Virus record (IMG/VR): IMGVR_UViG_3300035670_000196
Length of the DNA: 64,000 nt
Reading direction: 5' to 3' (one strand)
Source of the DNA: an uncultured virus (IMG/VR IMGVR_UViG_3300035670_000196)
Lineage: Duplodnaviria > Heunggongvirae > Uroviricota > Caudoviricetes
Under the pieces are notes generated by a model, which was not told where the DNA came from, ran no database searches, and was given only the letters and a program-made list of their open reading frames with translations. The translations under genes and the position numbers were made by a program. Of the stretch, positions 28,372 to 38,185 are shown piece after piece (position 1 is the stretch's first letter; each line of letters opens with the position of its first letter).

Positions 28372-29643
28372 ATGTCGTCGTTAAATTTATCCCGCGTTAT
28401 TCGCCGCCTACGTGAACTTACTGACGTTGTTGCCACTGCACTTACAAGTGGTAACGATAGTAAGTCCATGGCGCTTACGTGGGATAACACGGGGGAGACG
28501 CTGACTCTGACCCCTAGTCCGGTGTTTGACACAGTGACACTACCGGATGGCAGGGCGCTGCCAGTGGCTACAAGTAGCAGGACGTACTATGTGTCCAACA
28601 CGGGTAGTGATAGTAATGACGGCTCCCTGGGTAGCCCATTTCTGAACCCCCAAAAAGCGCTAGATACAGTAGCGGGTATCTACTGGGGCGGTTTTACTCC
28701 CACGATTCGCCTACTAAATAGCTGCAATCAAGCGGTAACAGCTAAGCGAGTTTTCGCCCCATCAGTAAACTTTTTAGGGAATGGCGCTAGCCCAGCTCTG
28801 TGGAGCTCACCCGGTCGCTGTTTCCAAAGCTTCAGTACTTTCACCAGTTACTCGTTTAACGGAATCAACTTCCAGGCTGCAGCCACTCAAGACTGTATCT
28901 ATTTTGATGGCAATGGTACATGCCGACTGGCAGGCACTAACCAGTACTCTGGAGGTCGTTGGTTTTTCAGGGGGTTGAACGGCGCATCATTCGGCTCTAC
29001 TGGCTCGACCCTTGATCTGCTTTCCCCGATGCCCAGTAATGGTACGCTGCTTAGCATTAATGATTTATCAGCCGGAGGAATGTTTAGCACGACATTCAGA
29101 ACTGACATAGCGTTTACCTGTCAGTTTTTCATTGCGCTAGAACGTCAGTCCAACTGTTTATTCACATCAGTGCCACTTGCTGGCTCGGGTAGCATCAGCT
29201 GTAGCATTAGCAGCTTGCGGTTAGCGGCTAACTCTGCCATAGCTCAGTTCAGCATGCCGGGCCTACCAGCCCCCAACATGGGACAGATCGCCGACTCCTA
29301 TGCTGATGGGTCATTGTTGGCCGGTCAACGCCCTAGGCAGTTTTTCGGGAAAACTGACGTTAATGATACAACCGCGTCAACCAGTACAACTACCGGAGCC
29401 CTAACAATAACCGGTGGCATTGGATCCCAAGGTGCTATCTACGCTGGTGCTGAAGTGCAAGGTACTGAGTTTCGCGTTGGTGGTACCAAGATACTAGGAG
29501 CTAGGCAGACCGGTTTTACCCTGGGTGGTGGTACTGAGGCAAAAGGTGCCATAGATGACACTACTATCACCCTTCAAGAGCTGGCCCAACAGGTGATAGC
29601 TCTTAAGGCAGCACTAGCAGCGCACGGAATCATAGGAGCATAG
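28372..29643 (+). CDS. Fibre/spike-like protein
   Basis: TYYVS..GSDSNDG....PF...QKA beta-helix start motif and STSTTTGALTITGGIG fibre repeat. Confidence 0.6.
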   Translation: MSSLNLSRVIRRLRELTDVVATALTSGNDSKSMALTWDNTGETLTLTPSPVFDTVTLPDGRALPVATSSRTYYVSNTGSDSNDGSLGSPFLNPQKALDTVAGIYWGGFTPTIRLLNSCNQAVTAKRVFAPSVNFLGNGASPALWSSPGRCFQSFSTFTSYSFNGINFQAAATQDCIYFDGNGTCRLAGTNQYSGGRWFFRGLNGASFGSTGSTLDLLSPMPSNGTLLSINDLSAGGMFSTTFRTDIAFTCQFFIALERQSNCLFTSVPLAGSGSISCSISSLRLAANSAIAQFSMPGLPAPNMGQIADSYADGSLLAGQRPRQFFGKTDVNDTTASTSTTTGALTITGGIGSQGAIYAGAEVQGTEFRVGGTKILGARQTGFTLGGGTEAKGAIDDTTITLQELAQQVIALKAALAAHGIIGA

Positions 29644-29644
29644 T

Positions 29645-30016
29645 ATGAGCCAACTACAACAAACCATCGCTACCGCAACAGCCCAGGTGCAACGAGCCCT
29701 AGTCCTTGGGCGGCTCAACATTGACTTTAATCAGGCATCCTTTGGCCTCGATGGCTATTTCAGGAAACTCCTTGTAATCGATGGAGAGCAAGTACCTGAC
29801 CGGGTATTTGGCCCAGAAACACACCGAGTCTACCAGTCCGAGGACGAGTTCCGCCAAGCCATCAGGGACGCTGTGGCCAGTAATGCACAGCTACAACAGC
29901 TACAGGCGGGGATAGCTCAAGATCCGTCGTTGATGGTTGACTTGATCGCTGCCCTTATGTTTGGGTTATACGCTGCTGACCTGGAAGCCGCCGAAAATCA
30001 TGAGGTGTTTGAATAA
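29645..30016 (+). CDS. Hypothetical protein (possible fibre chaperone)
   Basis: Directly follows the fibre-like gene. Confidence 0.45.
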   Translation: MSQLQQTIATATAQVQRALVLGRLNIDFNQASFGLDGYFRKLLVIDGEQVPDRVFGPETHRVYQSEDEFRQAIRDAVASNAQLQQLQAGIAQDPSLMVDLIAALMFGLYAADLEAAENHEVFE

Positions 30017-31215
30017 TGCCATATTCCGCCCCCATCAACTTCGACCACGGCACAACGGGATTGAGCCCTACGGCGGCTGTCTATGAAACTGACAAAAGCA
30101 CCGTAGTCAGCGCTCAAACGGCTGTAGCTTTGGCTGAGTTTCCGGCAGGCAGCGGACAATACAGTGCTACTGTGACCTTGGCAGATGCGGGCGGATTTAT
30201 TGCGATCGATGATGGGACAACGGATTACACGCTTGCCTATGATCGCAATCTTGCAACTCAATCGAGTGTTGACACTCAACTAGCAGATCTGCCGACTGTA
30301 GCTGAACTTGAAGCTAGAACGTTGCCGTCTTCAGAATATTTTGATCCTGCAACAGATCCGGTCGCAACGGTAACAAATCTAACGAACTTGCCATCGATCC
30401 CAACTAACTGGATAACAGCAGATGGAGTTGCATCTAACGCTGTCAACAAAATTACAGCGGGGTTGTCAACATTAAGAGAAGTAGATATTAGATCAGCTGT
30501 TGGACTAGCATCGGCAAACCTTGATACACAACTAGCAGATCTGCCTACTGTAGCTGAACTTGAAGCGCGAACATTAATAGCATCTGCCTATTTTGACCCT
30601 GCGACTGACCCGGTCGCTACAGTGACAAATCTGACAAATCTTCCTGCCATCCCTGCTAACTGGATTACAGCGGCTGGCATTGCCACGGGGGCTATTACAA
30701 GCGCAAAATTTGCCACAGGAGCTATTACCAGTACAGTAGTAGCCGCCAACACGATAGGGGCATCTCAAATTGCTGCTAATGCTATTACATCGGCCAAGAT
30801 TGCGACAGATGCAATTGGTTCAGCGCAACTGGCCAGCACTGCGGTAACTGAGATCCAATCTGGGCTAGCAACTAGTGCTACGCAATCGACAATCACAGAC
30901 CATCTAACCGACATCAAAGGGGCAACGTTTAACGGCTTAACTGACAGCTTGGAAGCAATCCGAGATAGAGGGGATACGTCATGGGTGACCGCTACAATCC
31001 CAACATCCGATATATCTGCAATTCTAACGGCTGTAAATGCTGCAAAAGAGGCAGCAGAAGCCGTTGCGGATGGCAGGGAAATTATCGATTACGATGCATC
31101 AACATTTACCGTTTACAACACAGATGGCAATATTCGCACTGTGTTTGATCTCAGGGACAAAAACGGTAATTCTGCAACGACAGCACAAAATGCAATCGAG
31201 AGGGTACCGCAATAA
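30016..31215 (+). CDS. Repeat-containing structural protein
   Basis: DTQLADLPTVAELEARTL...YFDPATDPVATVTNLTNLP.IP.NWITA is duplicated (DNA starts 30271 and 30523), followed by AITSAK-type decapeptide repeats. Confidence 0.6.
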   Translation: MPYSAPINFDHGTTGLSPTAAVYETDKSTVVSAQTAVALAEFPAGSGQYSATVTLADAGGFIAIDDGTTDYTLAYDRNLATQSSVDTQLADLPTVAELEARTLPSSEYFDPATDPVATVTNLTNLPSIPTNWITADGVASNAVNKITAGLSTLREVDIRSAVGLASANLDTQLADLPTVAELEARTLIASAYFDPATDPVATVTNLTNLPAIPANWITAAGIATGAITSAKFATGAITSTVVAANTIGASQIAANAITSAKIATDAIGSAQLASTAVTEIQSGLATSATQSTITDHLTDIKGATFNGLTDSLEAIRDRGDTSWVTATIPTSDISAILTAVNAAKEAAEAVADGREIIDYDASTFTVYNTDGNIRTVFDLRDKNGNSATTAQNAIERVPQ

Positions 31216-31490
31216 TGCCGATCTTTGGAAATGGACTGCAGAATCGAATATATGGCCCTGGGTTAAATCCGATTGCGTTTGGGCCATTGATTATGCAGTG
31301 CCCTCCGCTGATAATTGCGATCGCAATTACGCCAGCTATTGCAAGTCTAGATATTGCGCCAGTACTAGATCAACTCACTGTGCCGCCCAATGTTTCAGCT
31401 ATAGAAATTAGCCCGACTGCAACACCGATCGACCTGATTTCAACGATTATAAATTTAGAGATTAATCCTTCATTGAAGGAGGAATGCTAG
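31215..31490 (+). CDS. Hypothetical I/P-rich protein
   Basis: Coupled to both neighbours. Confidence 0.45.
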   Translation: MPIFGNGLQNRIYGPGLNPIAFGPLIMQCPPLIIAIAITPAIASLDIAPVLDQLTVPPNVSAIEISPTATPIDLISTIINLEINPSLKEEC

Positions 31491-31924
31491 CCATGGCCTT
31501 AAATGAATCGATCAGGAATGTAGGGGCACCTATAACAGAAGGCTTTGCTTTTACTAGAGCTACCGACGACCCAGATACAGGCACAGCCACGTTTGTCGGG
31601 GCAACCTACACGATGCGACTGTTTAACGAATCGGACGACACGGCAGCCGACGTCACCTTAACAAACGACGATGGCATAACCGTAACCAGTGAAAGCGCAA
31701 ATGCTTCAGCCATTAAGATCGTAATCACAACTGCCCAGCTCACCACCCTATACACAGACGCTACCCTCAAGACGATCCCTGGGGACTTAAACCGAAGGAA
31801 AGCGGCATGGATCAGTTACACAATACAAATGGCTCAGGACGGCTATGAAGCCAGCCAGGGCGACGATAGTACGGAATATACAGGGCGGTTTTACTTGCTC
31901 GCTGAAGCCCTAGCAGGGCGTTAA
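31484..31924 (+). CDS. Putative structural protein (BppU-like adaptor)
   Basis: Beta-rich; late-operon position. Confidence 0.45.
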   Translation: MLAMALNESIRNVGAPITEGFAFTRATDDPDTGTATFVGATYTMRLFNESDDTAADVTLTNDDGITVTSESANASAIKIVITTAQLTTLYTDATLKTIPGDLNRRKAAWISYTIQMAQDGYEASQGDDSTEYTGRFYLLAEALAGR

Positions 31925-31942
31925 TTTTACGGAGGATACCCC

Positions 31943-32302
31943 ATGCCATTACCCGAACAAGGCGCTGTCACGACTGTAACCACAAGCTTAACCACACTGA
32001 TCACACTCGATTCTTATGAACCTGAAATTATTGGATTTCAGATCGAAAATGGTGCAACTGCACTAAATGCGTGTGTGCTCGAAGCACGGGTATCTAGCGA
32101 TACTAATAATTGGGTTGAACTACCTATTAGTACGTCTGCATCAGCCCCATGGCCTGCTTTTAGTACTACTGATCTGACTAGCCTAACATCAAGCGCTAAG
32201 GCAATTTTGGCTGTAGCGGGTCAACACTGGTATCAAGTTAGGCTGCGTGCGTCTGTAGCATCGTCAACGAGTAATGTCACCGTCTATTTTACAAAGAGAT
32301 AA
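31943..32302 (+). CDS. Putative structural protein
   Basis: RBS GGAGG; jelly-roll-like pattern. Confidence 0.5.
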   Translation: MPLPEQGAVTTVTTSLTTLITLDSYEPEIIGFQIENGATALNACVLEARVSSDTNNWVELPISTSASAPWPAFSTTDLTSLTSSAKAILAVAGQHWYQVRLRASVASSTSNVTVYFTKR

Positions 32303-32304
32303 CT

Positions 32305-33096
32305 ATGCCGCGACTCCAACTAAGAACGGGACTGCAAAATACTGGCAGCACAAATGGTGACGGGGGGGGAGAAGGCGATCTATGGTTACCGACTCAATTA
32401 TCTGGACTCAAATTCTGGGGTCACAAAGACGATGTGACGTTTTACCAGGGAAGCAGCAGCGTTTTTCAAGTTACAGATAAAAGCGGCAATACCAATAATT
32501 TAAGCTGGATTTCTTCTTTCGGTTTTCCGACTAAAACCGGTAATGGGCCAGTCGTATTTGATGGAGTAAATGATGGCCTTACAAATACAATGGCCAATTT
32601 TTTCCCAGGGTGGATGTTTTTTTTAATTACTGCTGGAACATACGATCTAAACCAAGCGGGAAATTTTAATACTATTTTGTCAAGCCGAAATACTAACGCT
32701 GACAATTTAATTATTAGACGCACATCAGCAACATTAACAACCATCGCAAACGGCGATCTTCAGCAAACAAATTATCCTATTGCAAACGCAGAAACTTTAT
32801 TGTTTGCTACCTATTTTTCGACAACTGCAACGAACTGGAAAAACGGAGTTTTAATGCAAACAAATCCATCGTCAGCAAACATAGCAACTGCAGGGTGGAC
32901 ATTTGGCAATAGATTTTCTACGTTCGCAGCAAGTAGTAGCCAATTTGCTGCCGTCAGCTTTTACGAGGGCATTTGCATCCAAGGCGACCTAACCACGGAC
33001 GAACGCCAAAAAGTTGAAGGCCACATGTGCCACAATAACGGCCTTGAATCGCTACTCCCCTCAGATCATCCCTACAAAAATGCAGCACCGACTTAA
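32305..33096 (+). CDS. LamG/ConA-like virion protein
   Basis: W.PTQL...W...D...DKSGN, FDGVND and ERQKVEG......GL...LP.DHPYK.AAP motifs. Confidence 0.65.
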   Translation: MPRLQLRTGLQNTGSTNGDGGGEGDLWLPTQLSGLKFWGHKDDVTFYQGSSSVFQVTDKSGNTNNLSWISSFGFPTKTGNGPVVFDGVNDGLTNTMANFFPGWMFFLITAGTYDLNQAGNFNTILSSRNTNADNLIIRRTSATLTTIANGDLQQTNYPIANAETLLFATYFSTTATNWKNGVLMQTNPSSANIATAGWTFGNRFSTFAASSSQFAAVSFYEGICIQGDLTTDERQKVEGHMCHNNGLESLLPSDHPYKNAAPT

Positions 33097-33417
33097 GCAT
33101 TTACTTAGTGCTAATTAATACTGCCGCTATTTGCGCACTGAGAGTTTACAGGTGTAGCGAGCACGGCAAAAAACGATCGGCAATCCTCAGAACCACTGCC
33201 CCCTGACGTGCTGTTTTGACCCTGTTTCCTAAACACTTGCCCCTAAAAGCCTCGTAAAGGCACCCGAAAAAGCAAAAACGAACTGACCTATTAGCACGAT
33301 ACCCAACAAGGGTAAATGAAGCTTCTAGCGACCAATCAGCTAACGCACGGGTTGAGCTTCCATCCCGGTAAAAAACATGTGCGGAAATAAGCCGTGGTGG
33401 ACACGCGGTGATAATCC

Positions 33418-34325
33418 CTGCCTACTAACCCGCTTTCTATTAGATCTATGGAGGTTAGTGTCCCGGCTTGTTTTTTGCTCAAACGTATGTGGCATAAGGG
33501 TTTTAGCTAAAAAATAGGGTTAGTAGGCAGCAACGTGTTTTCGGCCTTTCAGAAACCCTGCCTACTAACCAAACTCCGGGACATTCAGCGAGGATCTAGA
33601 GCGTGAGTTAGGTAGTTGTCTAAGTAGTGGCGAAATTGCTTTGCCATCGCTACTGCTTGAGAAGCCGACTTAAAATCAAGGCAGTTGTAGATCCGGTATC
33701 CGCCTGCGCTCTATGCTATTGAGCTTTTCGTTGCTGAGTTTTGGTGAGCAAGGCTCAAAAACATATCTCGTCCAGATTTAGAAAATCGCCATCCGCAGCA
33801 GTGAAAATCCACGCTGAAGAAAAAACACCGTGAACTGTTAGGCGACTTTTTGCCAACCTTAGTCCAAAACTTATCCCCATGCGACTCTACAGCAAGGTAA
33901 GAGACTAAGTACGTTCTTTCGTCATACCAACGGGAGAACTGTGATCCGGTTGCATTGACCATCATTTTTTCGATCCTACTAATCGGCTTTCTATTAGATC
34001 TAAGGAGGTTAATATCCCGCCCTTAAAATCGCTGTATACCTTGGCGTGCAATAAGTTTAGCTTAATAACCCAGTTAGTAGGCAGGTTAGTAGGCAGGGGC
34101 ACTTTTCGCCGCCCATTTAGCTCAGTCGCTTGCCAGGCTCCGGGACAACCCAACCAGCTATTGCTCACCCGAACTTCATCATCGGTTTTGACAACGGGGC
34201 GAATTATTTCCCCGGGACACTAACTTGCTATTTCTTAGATCTATGGAGGTTAGTGTCCCGGGGGGCAAAATGCTGAAACGTATGCGCCGCAAGTGTTCCA
34301 CACGAAAAACAGGGTTAGTAGGCAG
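33418..34325. repeat. Iteron-like repeat region, candidate replication origin
   Basis: Six exact copies of CTGCCTACTAAC/GTTAGTAGGCAG (33418, 33519, 33558, 34073, 34085, 34314) and three copies of a TTAGATCTAwGGAGGTTA core. Homologous in inverted orientation to 60126-60238. Confidence 0.8.
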
Positions 34326-34854
34326 CGGGGTGTTTTTCAGGGTTTCTTGACACGTCCGACGGGTGGTTTATTGCCCGCATTTCTGCCTCAACGTTGTAGC
34401 TCGGGGTAGTATCTTCGATGGCCCTGGTAAGTCGCCTCAGAAATGGCAGTGCTGGCTTAAGGGCGGAGACGACTGCAGTCACTATATTGTTGGTGTCTGA
34501 AATCTGCCGTTGCATCTGTCCTATTTCACGCCCTTGTTTACTTTGATACCTTCGCATGTCGTCATAGTCGGCTTTGAGATGATTGGCGAATGTGCGGGCG
34601 TCACCGATCAGGGAGTCCAAAGCATAGGCTTGGGATTGGATGTTTGCTAATTCTTGCCGTACGTCGCCTATAGCCGCGTCTGTAGCGGTTTCAGCGTGCT
34701 CTAGGTCATCGACCCGCTGGGTAAGCGAATTAACCCGTTTAGCTAGCGTAGATAGCAATGCAGCGACGTATTGCAATTTTGCCTCAGGGGTTAGTTCGTT
34801 GAAGGTCGTCGGGGGCGAGGGTAAAGGGGAGGCGGTGATTTGTGGAGGGTGCAT
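34315..34854 (-). CDS. Coiled-coil hypothetical protein
   Basis: 179-aa ORF with heptad pattern. Confidence 0.55.
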   Translation of the reverse strand: MHPPQITASPLPSPPTTFNELTPEAKLQYVAALLSTLAKRVNSLTQRVDDLEHAETATDAAIGDVRQELANIQSQAYALDSLIGDARTFANHLKADYDDMRRYQSKQGREIGQMQRQISDTNNIVTAVVSALKPALPFLRRLTRAIEDTTPSYNVEAEMRAINHPSDVSRNPEKHPAAY

Positions 34855-35015
34855 GACTTGGTTTTAATTAACTCGTTAATTTCATTGTCGCGCAGCATTT
34901 TTTGTTCGATTAATGCAATCAGGTATAGATGCAAAGCTTCTTTGGTCATCAGCTGCATCATCTCTTTGGTTTCAAGCAATAAAATGCGCTGCTCTAGTGT
35001 TAACTCTATGTTCAT
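34791..35015 (-). CDS. nblA: NblA-like phycobilisome degradation protein
   Basis: MNIELTLEQ...MT.E....LI.L.EQ.M.RDN....LIK matches the NblA pattern ELSLEQ...MS.EQ...L..L..Q.M.REN. Confidence 0.7.
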   Translation of the reverse strand: MNIELTLEQRILLLETKEMMQLMTKEALHLYLIALIEQKMLRDNEINELIKTKSCTLHKSPPPLYPRPRRPSTN

Positions 35016-35066
35016 ATTTTCGCCCCATAATTTGACTACAATGGTACTAACTTTATGGTCGATTAA

Positions 35067-35996
35067 ATGTGCTTAAAAATCGAAATTCACGAACCCGGAT
35101 TAAGCGTTGGAACGATCGCAATTGCTAGCAGAATAAATGACGATTCAGTTATTACAATTGGTCGTCCTTTTTATGGGAGTAATTCCTCTCACATATCGAT
35201 ACGGACGGCTCCTAAATTAATCAGTCGTCAGCATTTATCAATGAGATTAAATGATGACGAATCTATTGATATTTTAGACGGGGCTTATTTAGCTGATGGA
35301 AGCTACCGTGCTAGCACTAATGGAGTGTGGGTAGATGGCAAGCGAATTCAGCCCCAGCAATGGCAGTTGCTGCTGATTGACGCGACGATTCGCCTAGGCA
35401 ATCCTAAGCAACCGGAGTTACTCGGATTTTTTATTAAGCTGGGCACGAATGAGACAGACCATGGCGCGTCTTTGTCTACGGTGTCATTTGATGCCAAGGA
35501 AGTTTGGGAAGCGACACGAAGAATGGTTACGGCTGGGTGTTTGTTGGTGCGGTGGGTGTCTCAATCGAAAACAGCTATCGTACTGGCCATTGATAGTCAG
35601 GCTGAAAGCGAGTTAGGGGCTCAGTCGGGGGAATTGGTTAGCGATGCTGGGGAATTTGCCCTAGAGTCGTTAATTGAGGCGGACGATCGAGTACAGCTGC
35701 AGCAGGCGGCAGAACTAGCGACCAAACAGGATGCGTCGGTGATTGGTACATATAAAGTGGGTGAGCGTGACGTGCGGATTAAATTTTCGCGCAGGTTTGT
35801 AAATGGCGAAGTATTGCTGTTGGGATTTGTGGAGGCTGTTGCCAGTCCAAAAAAGTTTCCGACTATTACTGGGGACGGGGGTTGGCCTGCCGTAGGGGCT
35901 CAAGTCGTTGAGCGGCTAAGCGACGATAATCCGATTTGGCTGGTCATCTTGGCTGTGCTGGCGTTAGCCGTGGTTCTGATTGTGAGCGGGCTGTGA
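35067..35996 (+). CDS. FHA-domain protein with PAS-like middle and C-terminal TM anchor
   Basis: FHA motifs IGR, ISRQH and STNGVWVDG; hydrophobic C-terminus. Confidence 0.8.
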   Translation: MCLKIEIHEPGLSVGTIAIASRINDDSVITIGRPFYGSNSSHISIRTAPKLISRQHLSMRLNDDESIDILDGAYLADGSYRASTNGVWVDGKRIQPQQWQLLLIDATIRLGNPKQPELLGFFIKLGTNETDHGASLSTVSFDAKEVWEATRRMVTAGCLLVRWVSQSKTAIVLAIDSQAESELGAQSGELVSDAGEFALESLIEADDRVQLQQAAELATKQDASVIGTYKVGERDVRIKFSRRFVNGEVLLLGFVEAVASPKKFPTITGDGGWPAVGAQVVERLSDDNPIWLVILAVLALAVVLIVSGL

Positions 35997-37549
35997 TTGA
36001 GTTATCTGAGGCATTACACATCCTAGACATGCTTCCGATCGCCTTGGGCATTTGGGAGCCAGAGGGTGACGATTTGCGATGTCTTTTTTACAATCGTGCT
36101 GCAGTTGACTCGACTGATGGGCTAAACCAGTCTGGGGTGTTACTGGGAGAGATGCTGCCTGGTCATCGCAAAATACAGGCTGATGGTCGTACTCAGTTAG
36201 ACCGGTATATTGCGATCGCCCAAGGTATAGAGCCAGGGGTATCTGGCCCATTAGAATATGCTGGTTTCGAGATCAGTACGTCGCAGTTTTGGCAATCAGC
36301 CCAACCCATTGAGCTACAGGGGCGACAGTGCATTGTGATTGCTTGGGCACCGTTGGCGCAGTTTGCAATCTGTGATCCAATGACAGGGCTATTTAGCCGC
36401 CAGTATTTGGAAATTGAGATCAACCGATCTATTCGCCAAGCGCCTAGTAGTTCATTTGTTCTTTTTTTGGACTTGGATAAATTTAAGCCAATTAATGACG
36501 TTCGGGGGCATGCTGCGGGCGATTATGTTTTGCGATGCGTGGCCCAACGGATTAAAGGTGCTCTGCGATCGACAGATACGGCTGCACGGTGGGGGGGGGA
36601 CGAGTTTGCTGTATTAGTTCGGGATGGTGATGGCGATAAGGTATACCAGTTTGCCGAACAGCTAAGAGAGGCGATCGAAAAGCCGGTCGATGGATTTGCT
36701 GTGACAGCATCAATAGGCTGTACTACCGTTGCTGATACCCTTGAAGCGACGATGGCGGTGGCTGATTGCTGTGTGTATCTAGCCAAAGAAAAAGGCGGAA
36801 ACAAGGTTGTGGTAAGCGATCCCGCTATCATTGAGCGGCACAATAGGCACCAGCGAATCTTAGAAGCCATCGAAAATGATGAGTTCCTGCTGTACTACCA
36901 GCCGATTGTGGGCTTAAGGTCGGGTAATGTGGCTGGATATGAAGCCTTAGTGAGATGGCAAGATGGGGATAAGTTAGTTTCGCCTGATGCGTTTGTTCCC
37001 GAACTTGAGAGAACTGGCGAGATCTGGCGATTGTGTAAAAAGGTGTTTGCCATGGCTGCAGCTCAGCAGCGGTTGATTGCTCCATTATGGGTATCGGTTA
37101 ATCTATCGCCTGTCACCCTAGACCGGCATGATTTTCGGGAAATTGCTAAACCTATGATTGGTGGGCATTTCGAGGTGCTGGAGTCTCGAAAGCTATCTGA
37201 TAATGCCGTCGCTGAGCTTGCGTTGCTGCGGGCGAATGGCAGCAAAATTGCCCTAGACGATTTTGGTGTAGGGCAGAGCCGGTATGCAGAGTTTGATCGG
37301 GTGGATTTGCTAAAGCTCGATAAATCCCTGGTTGACGGGGTAGAACAAGATATCCGAGTTGTTGCCGGAATCTTAGGAATGGCTCACTCTATAGGGTTGC
37401 AGGTCGTCGCTGAAGGGATTGAAACAAAAAAACAAGCCGACCTGCTACAACAGATCGGCTGTGATTTTGGACAAGGATGGTTTTTTGGCAAGCCAGTTCC
37501 ATTATGTGCCAATTCCAAAAAACTGTCACAAACTAGCTTGCAAACTTAA
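35993..37549 (+). CDS. GGDEF-EAL diguanylate cyclase/phosphodiesterase
   Basis: DPMTGL, DLDKFK.IND..GH..GD, RWGGDEF, YQPIV, YEALVRW, SVNLS, DDFG, KLDKS, VAEGIE and QGW. Probable GTG start in a GTGA overlap. Confidence 0.95.
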   Translation: MIELSEALHILDMLPIALGIWEPEGDDLRCLFYNRAAVDSTDGLNQSGVLLGEMLPGHRKIQADGRTQLDRYIAIAQGIEPGVSGPLEYAGFEISTSQFWQSAQPIELQGRQCIVIAWAPLAQFAICDPMTGLFSRQYLEIEINRSIRQAPSSSFVLFLDLDKFKPINDVRGHAAGDYVLRCVAQRIKGALRSTDTAARWGGDEFAVLVRDGDGDKVYQFAEQLREAIEKPVDGFAVTASIGCTTVADTLEATMAVADCCVYLAKEKGGNKVVVSDPAIIERHNRHQRILEAIENDEFLLYYQPIVGLRSGNVAGYEALVRWQDGDKLVSPDAFVPELERTGEIWRLCKKVFAMAAAQQRLIAPLWVSVNLSPVTLDRHDFREIAKPMIGGHFEVLESRKLSDNAVAELALLRANGSKIALDDFGVGQSRYAEFDRVDLLKLDKSLVDGVEQDIRVVAGILGMAHSIGLQVVAEGIETKKQADLLQQIGCDFGQGWFFGKPVPLCANSKKLSQTSLQT

Positions 37550-37565
37550 AATCGTGTGGAATACT
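37505..37565 (+). promoter_or_regulatory. Dispersed operator/promoter motif copy
   Basis: TGTGCCA-N12-TGTCACA ... GTGTGGAATACT. Confidence 0.6.
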
Positions 37566-37590
37566 AAAGAAAGTTTAGAGGACACACAAC

Positions 37591-37767
37591 ATGTTTAAGC
37601 AAATCGGCTCGGTAGTTCGCAACAGCACGGTAGTCAACGGCGGCGAGCGGGTGCTGCTTCAGTACCGCAACGTTAACGGGGTTGCCTTTGCGGTGACGCT
37701 AGACGGAGAGGGGATGCAGCGGTTAGTCCGGCTTGACCGCTTTGTGCGGTACTGGGTTGTAGCCTAG
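37591..37767 (+). CDS. Small protein (58 aa, not in the ORF track)
   Basis: MFKQIGSVVRNSTVV...YWVVA. RBS GAGG, upstream motif and downstream terminator. Confidence 0.6.
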   Translation: MFKQIGSVVRNSTVVNGGERVLLQYRNVNGVAFAVTLDGEGMQRLVRLDRFVRYWVVA

Positions 37768-37774
37768 GGGATCG

Positions 37775-37798
37775 GGGGGGCTAAGCCCCCCTTTTTTT
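37775..37798 (+). terminator. Intrinsic terminator
   Basis: GGGGGGCT-A-AGCCCCCC followed by T7. Confidence 0.75.
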
Positions 37799-37904
37799 GT
37801 GCGTTTTGCCGATTGCGCTGTATCTAACGAGCCCACAGTTTAGCAATCAGTTTGTTTCGCTCATCTTCGTCAGTAAGCTCCATGGCATCCATGAGTCTTG
37901 ACCA

Positions 37905-38183
37905 CTAATCCCCAGTGCGGCTAGGGTCAAGGGCGGCAAAAAACTCGTCTGCAGTCTTTGCTGTTTTGATGGACTCAAACCATGGACGCAATACGTCTTG
38001 TGGTGTTTCTTTCATTGTCTGTTTTCTCCGTTTTTGTTTTGCTTTGTTAACTGCCGCTTTTCGCAGCGGATTTTTGTGCCTATGACGCTTGCACCATTCG
38101 CTTTTTGCTTGCTGTGCTAGTGGTTTTCCGCACTCACGGCACAGTCTTATTGCGCCGTGAGTGCTATCGGATTGGCTCATCAT
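37905..38183 (-). CDS. Zn-finger hypothetical protein
   Basis: CRECG...WC..H. Confidence 0.5.
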   Translation of the reverse strand: MMSQSDSTHGAIRLCRECGKPLAQQAKSEWCKRHRHKNPLRKAAVNKAKQKRRKQTMKETPQDVLRPWFESIKTAKTADEFFAALDPSRTGD

Positions 38184-38185
38184 CG

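Noticed and set aside
33962..34168. Protein-coding paralog of the Rep C-terminus (LTSLDLIESRLVGSK)
   Set aside because: The similarity is explained by the shared DNA repeat module; the ORF is short and has no clear RBS.
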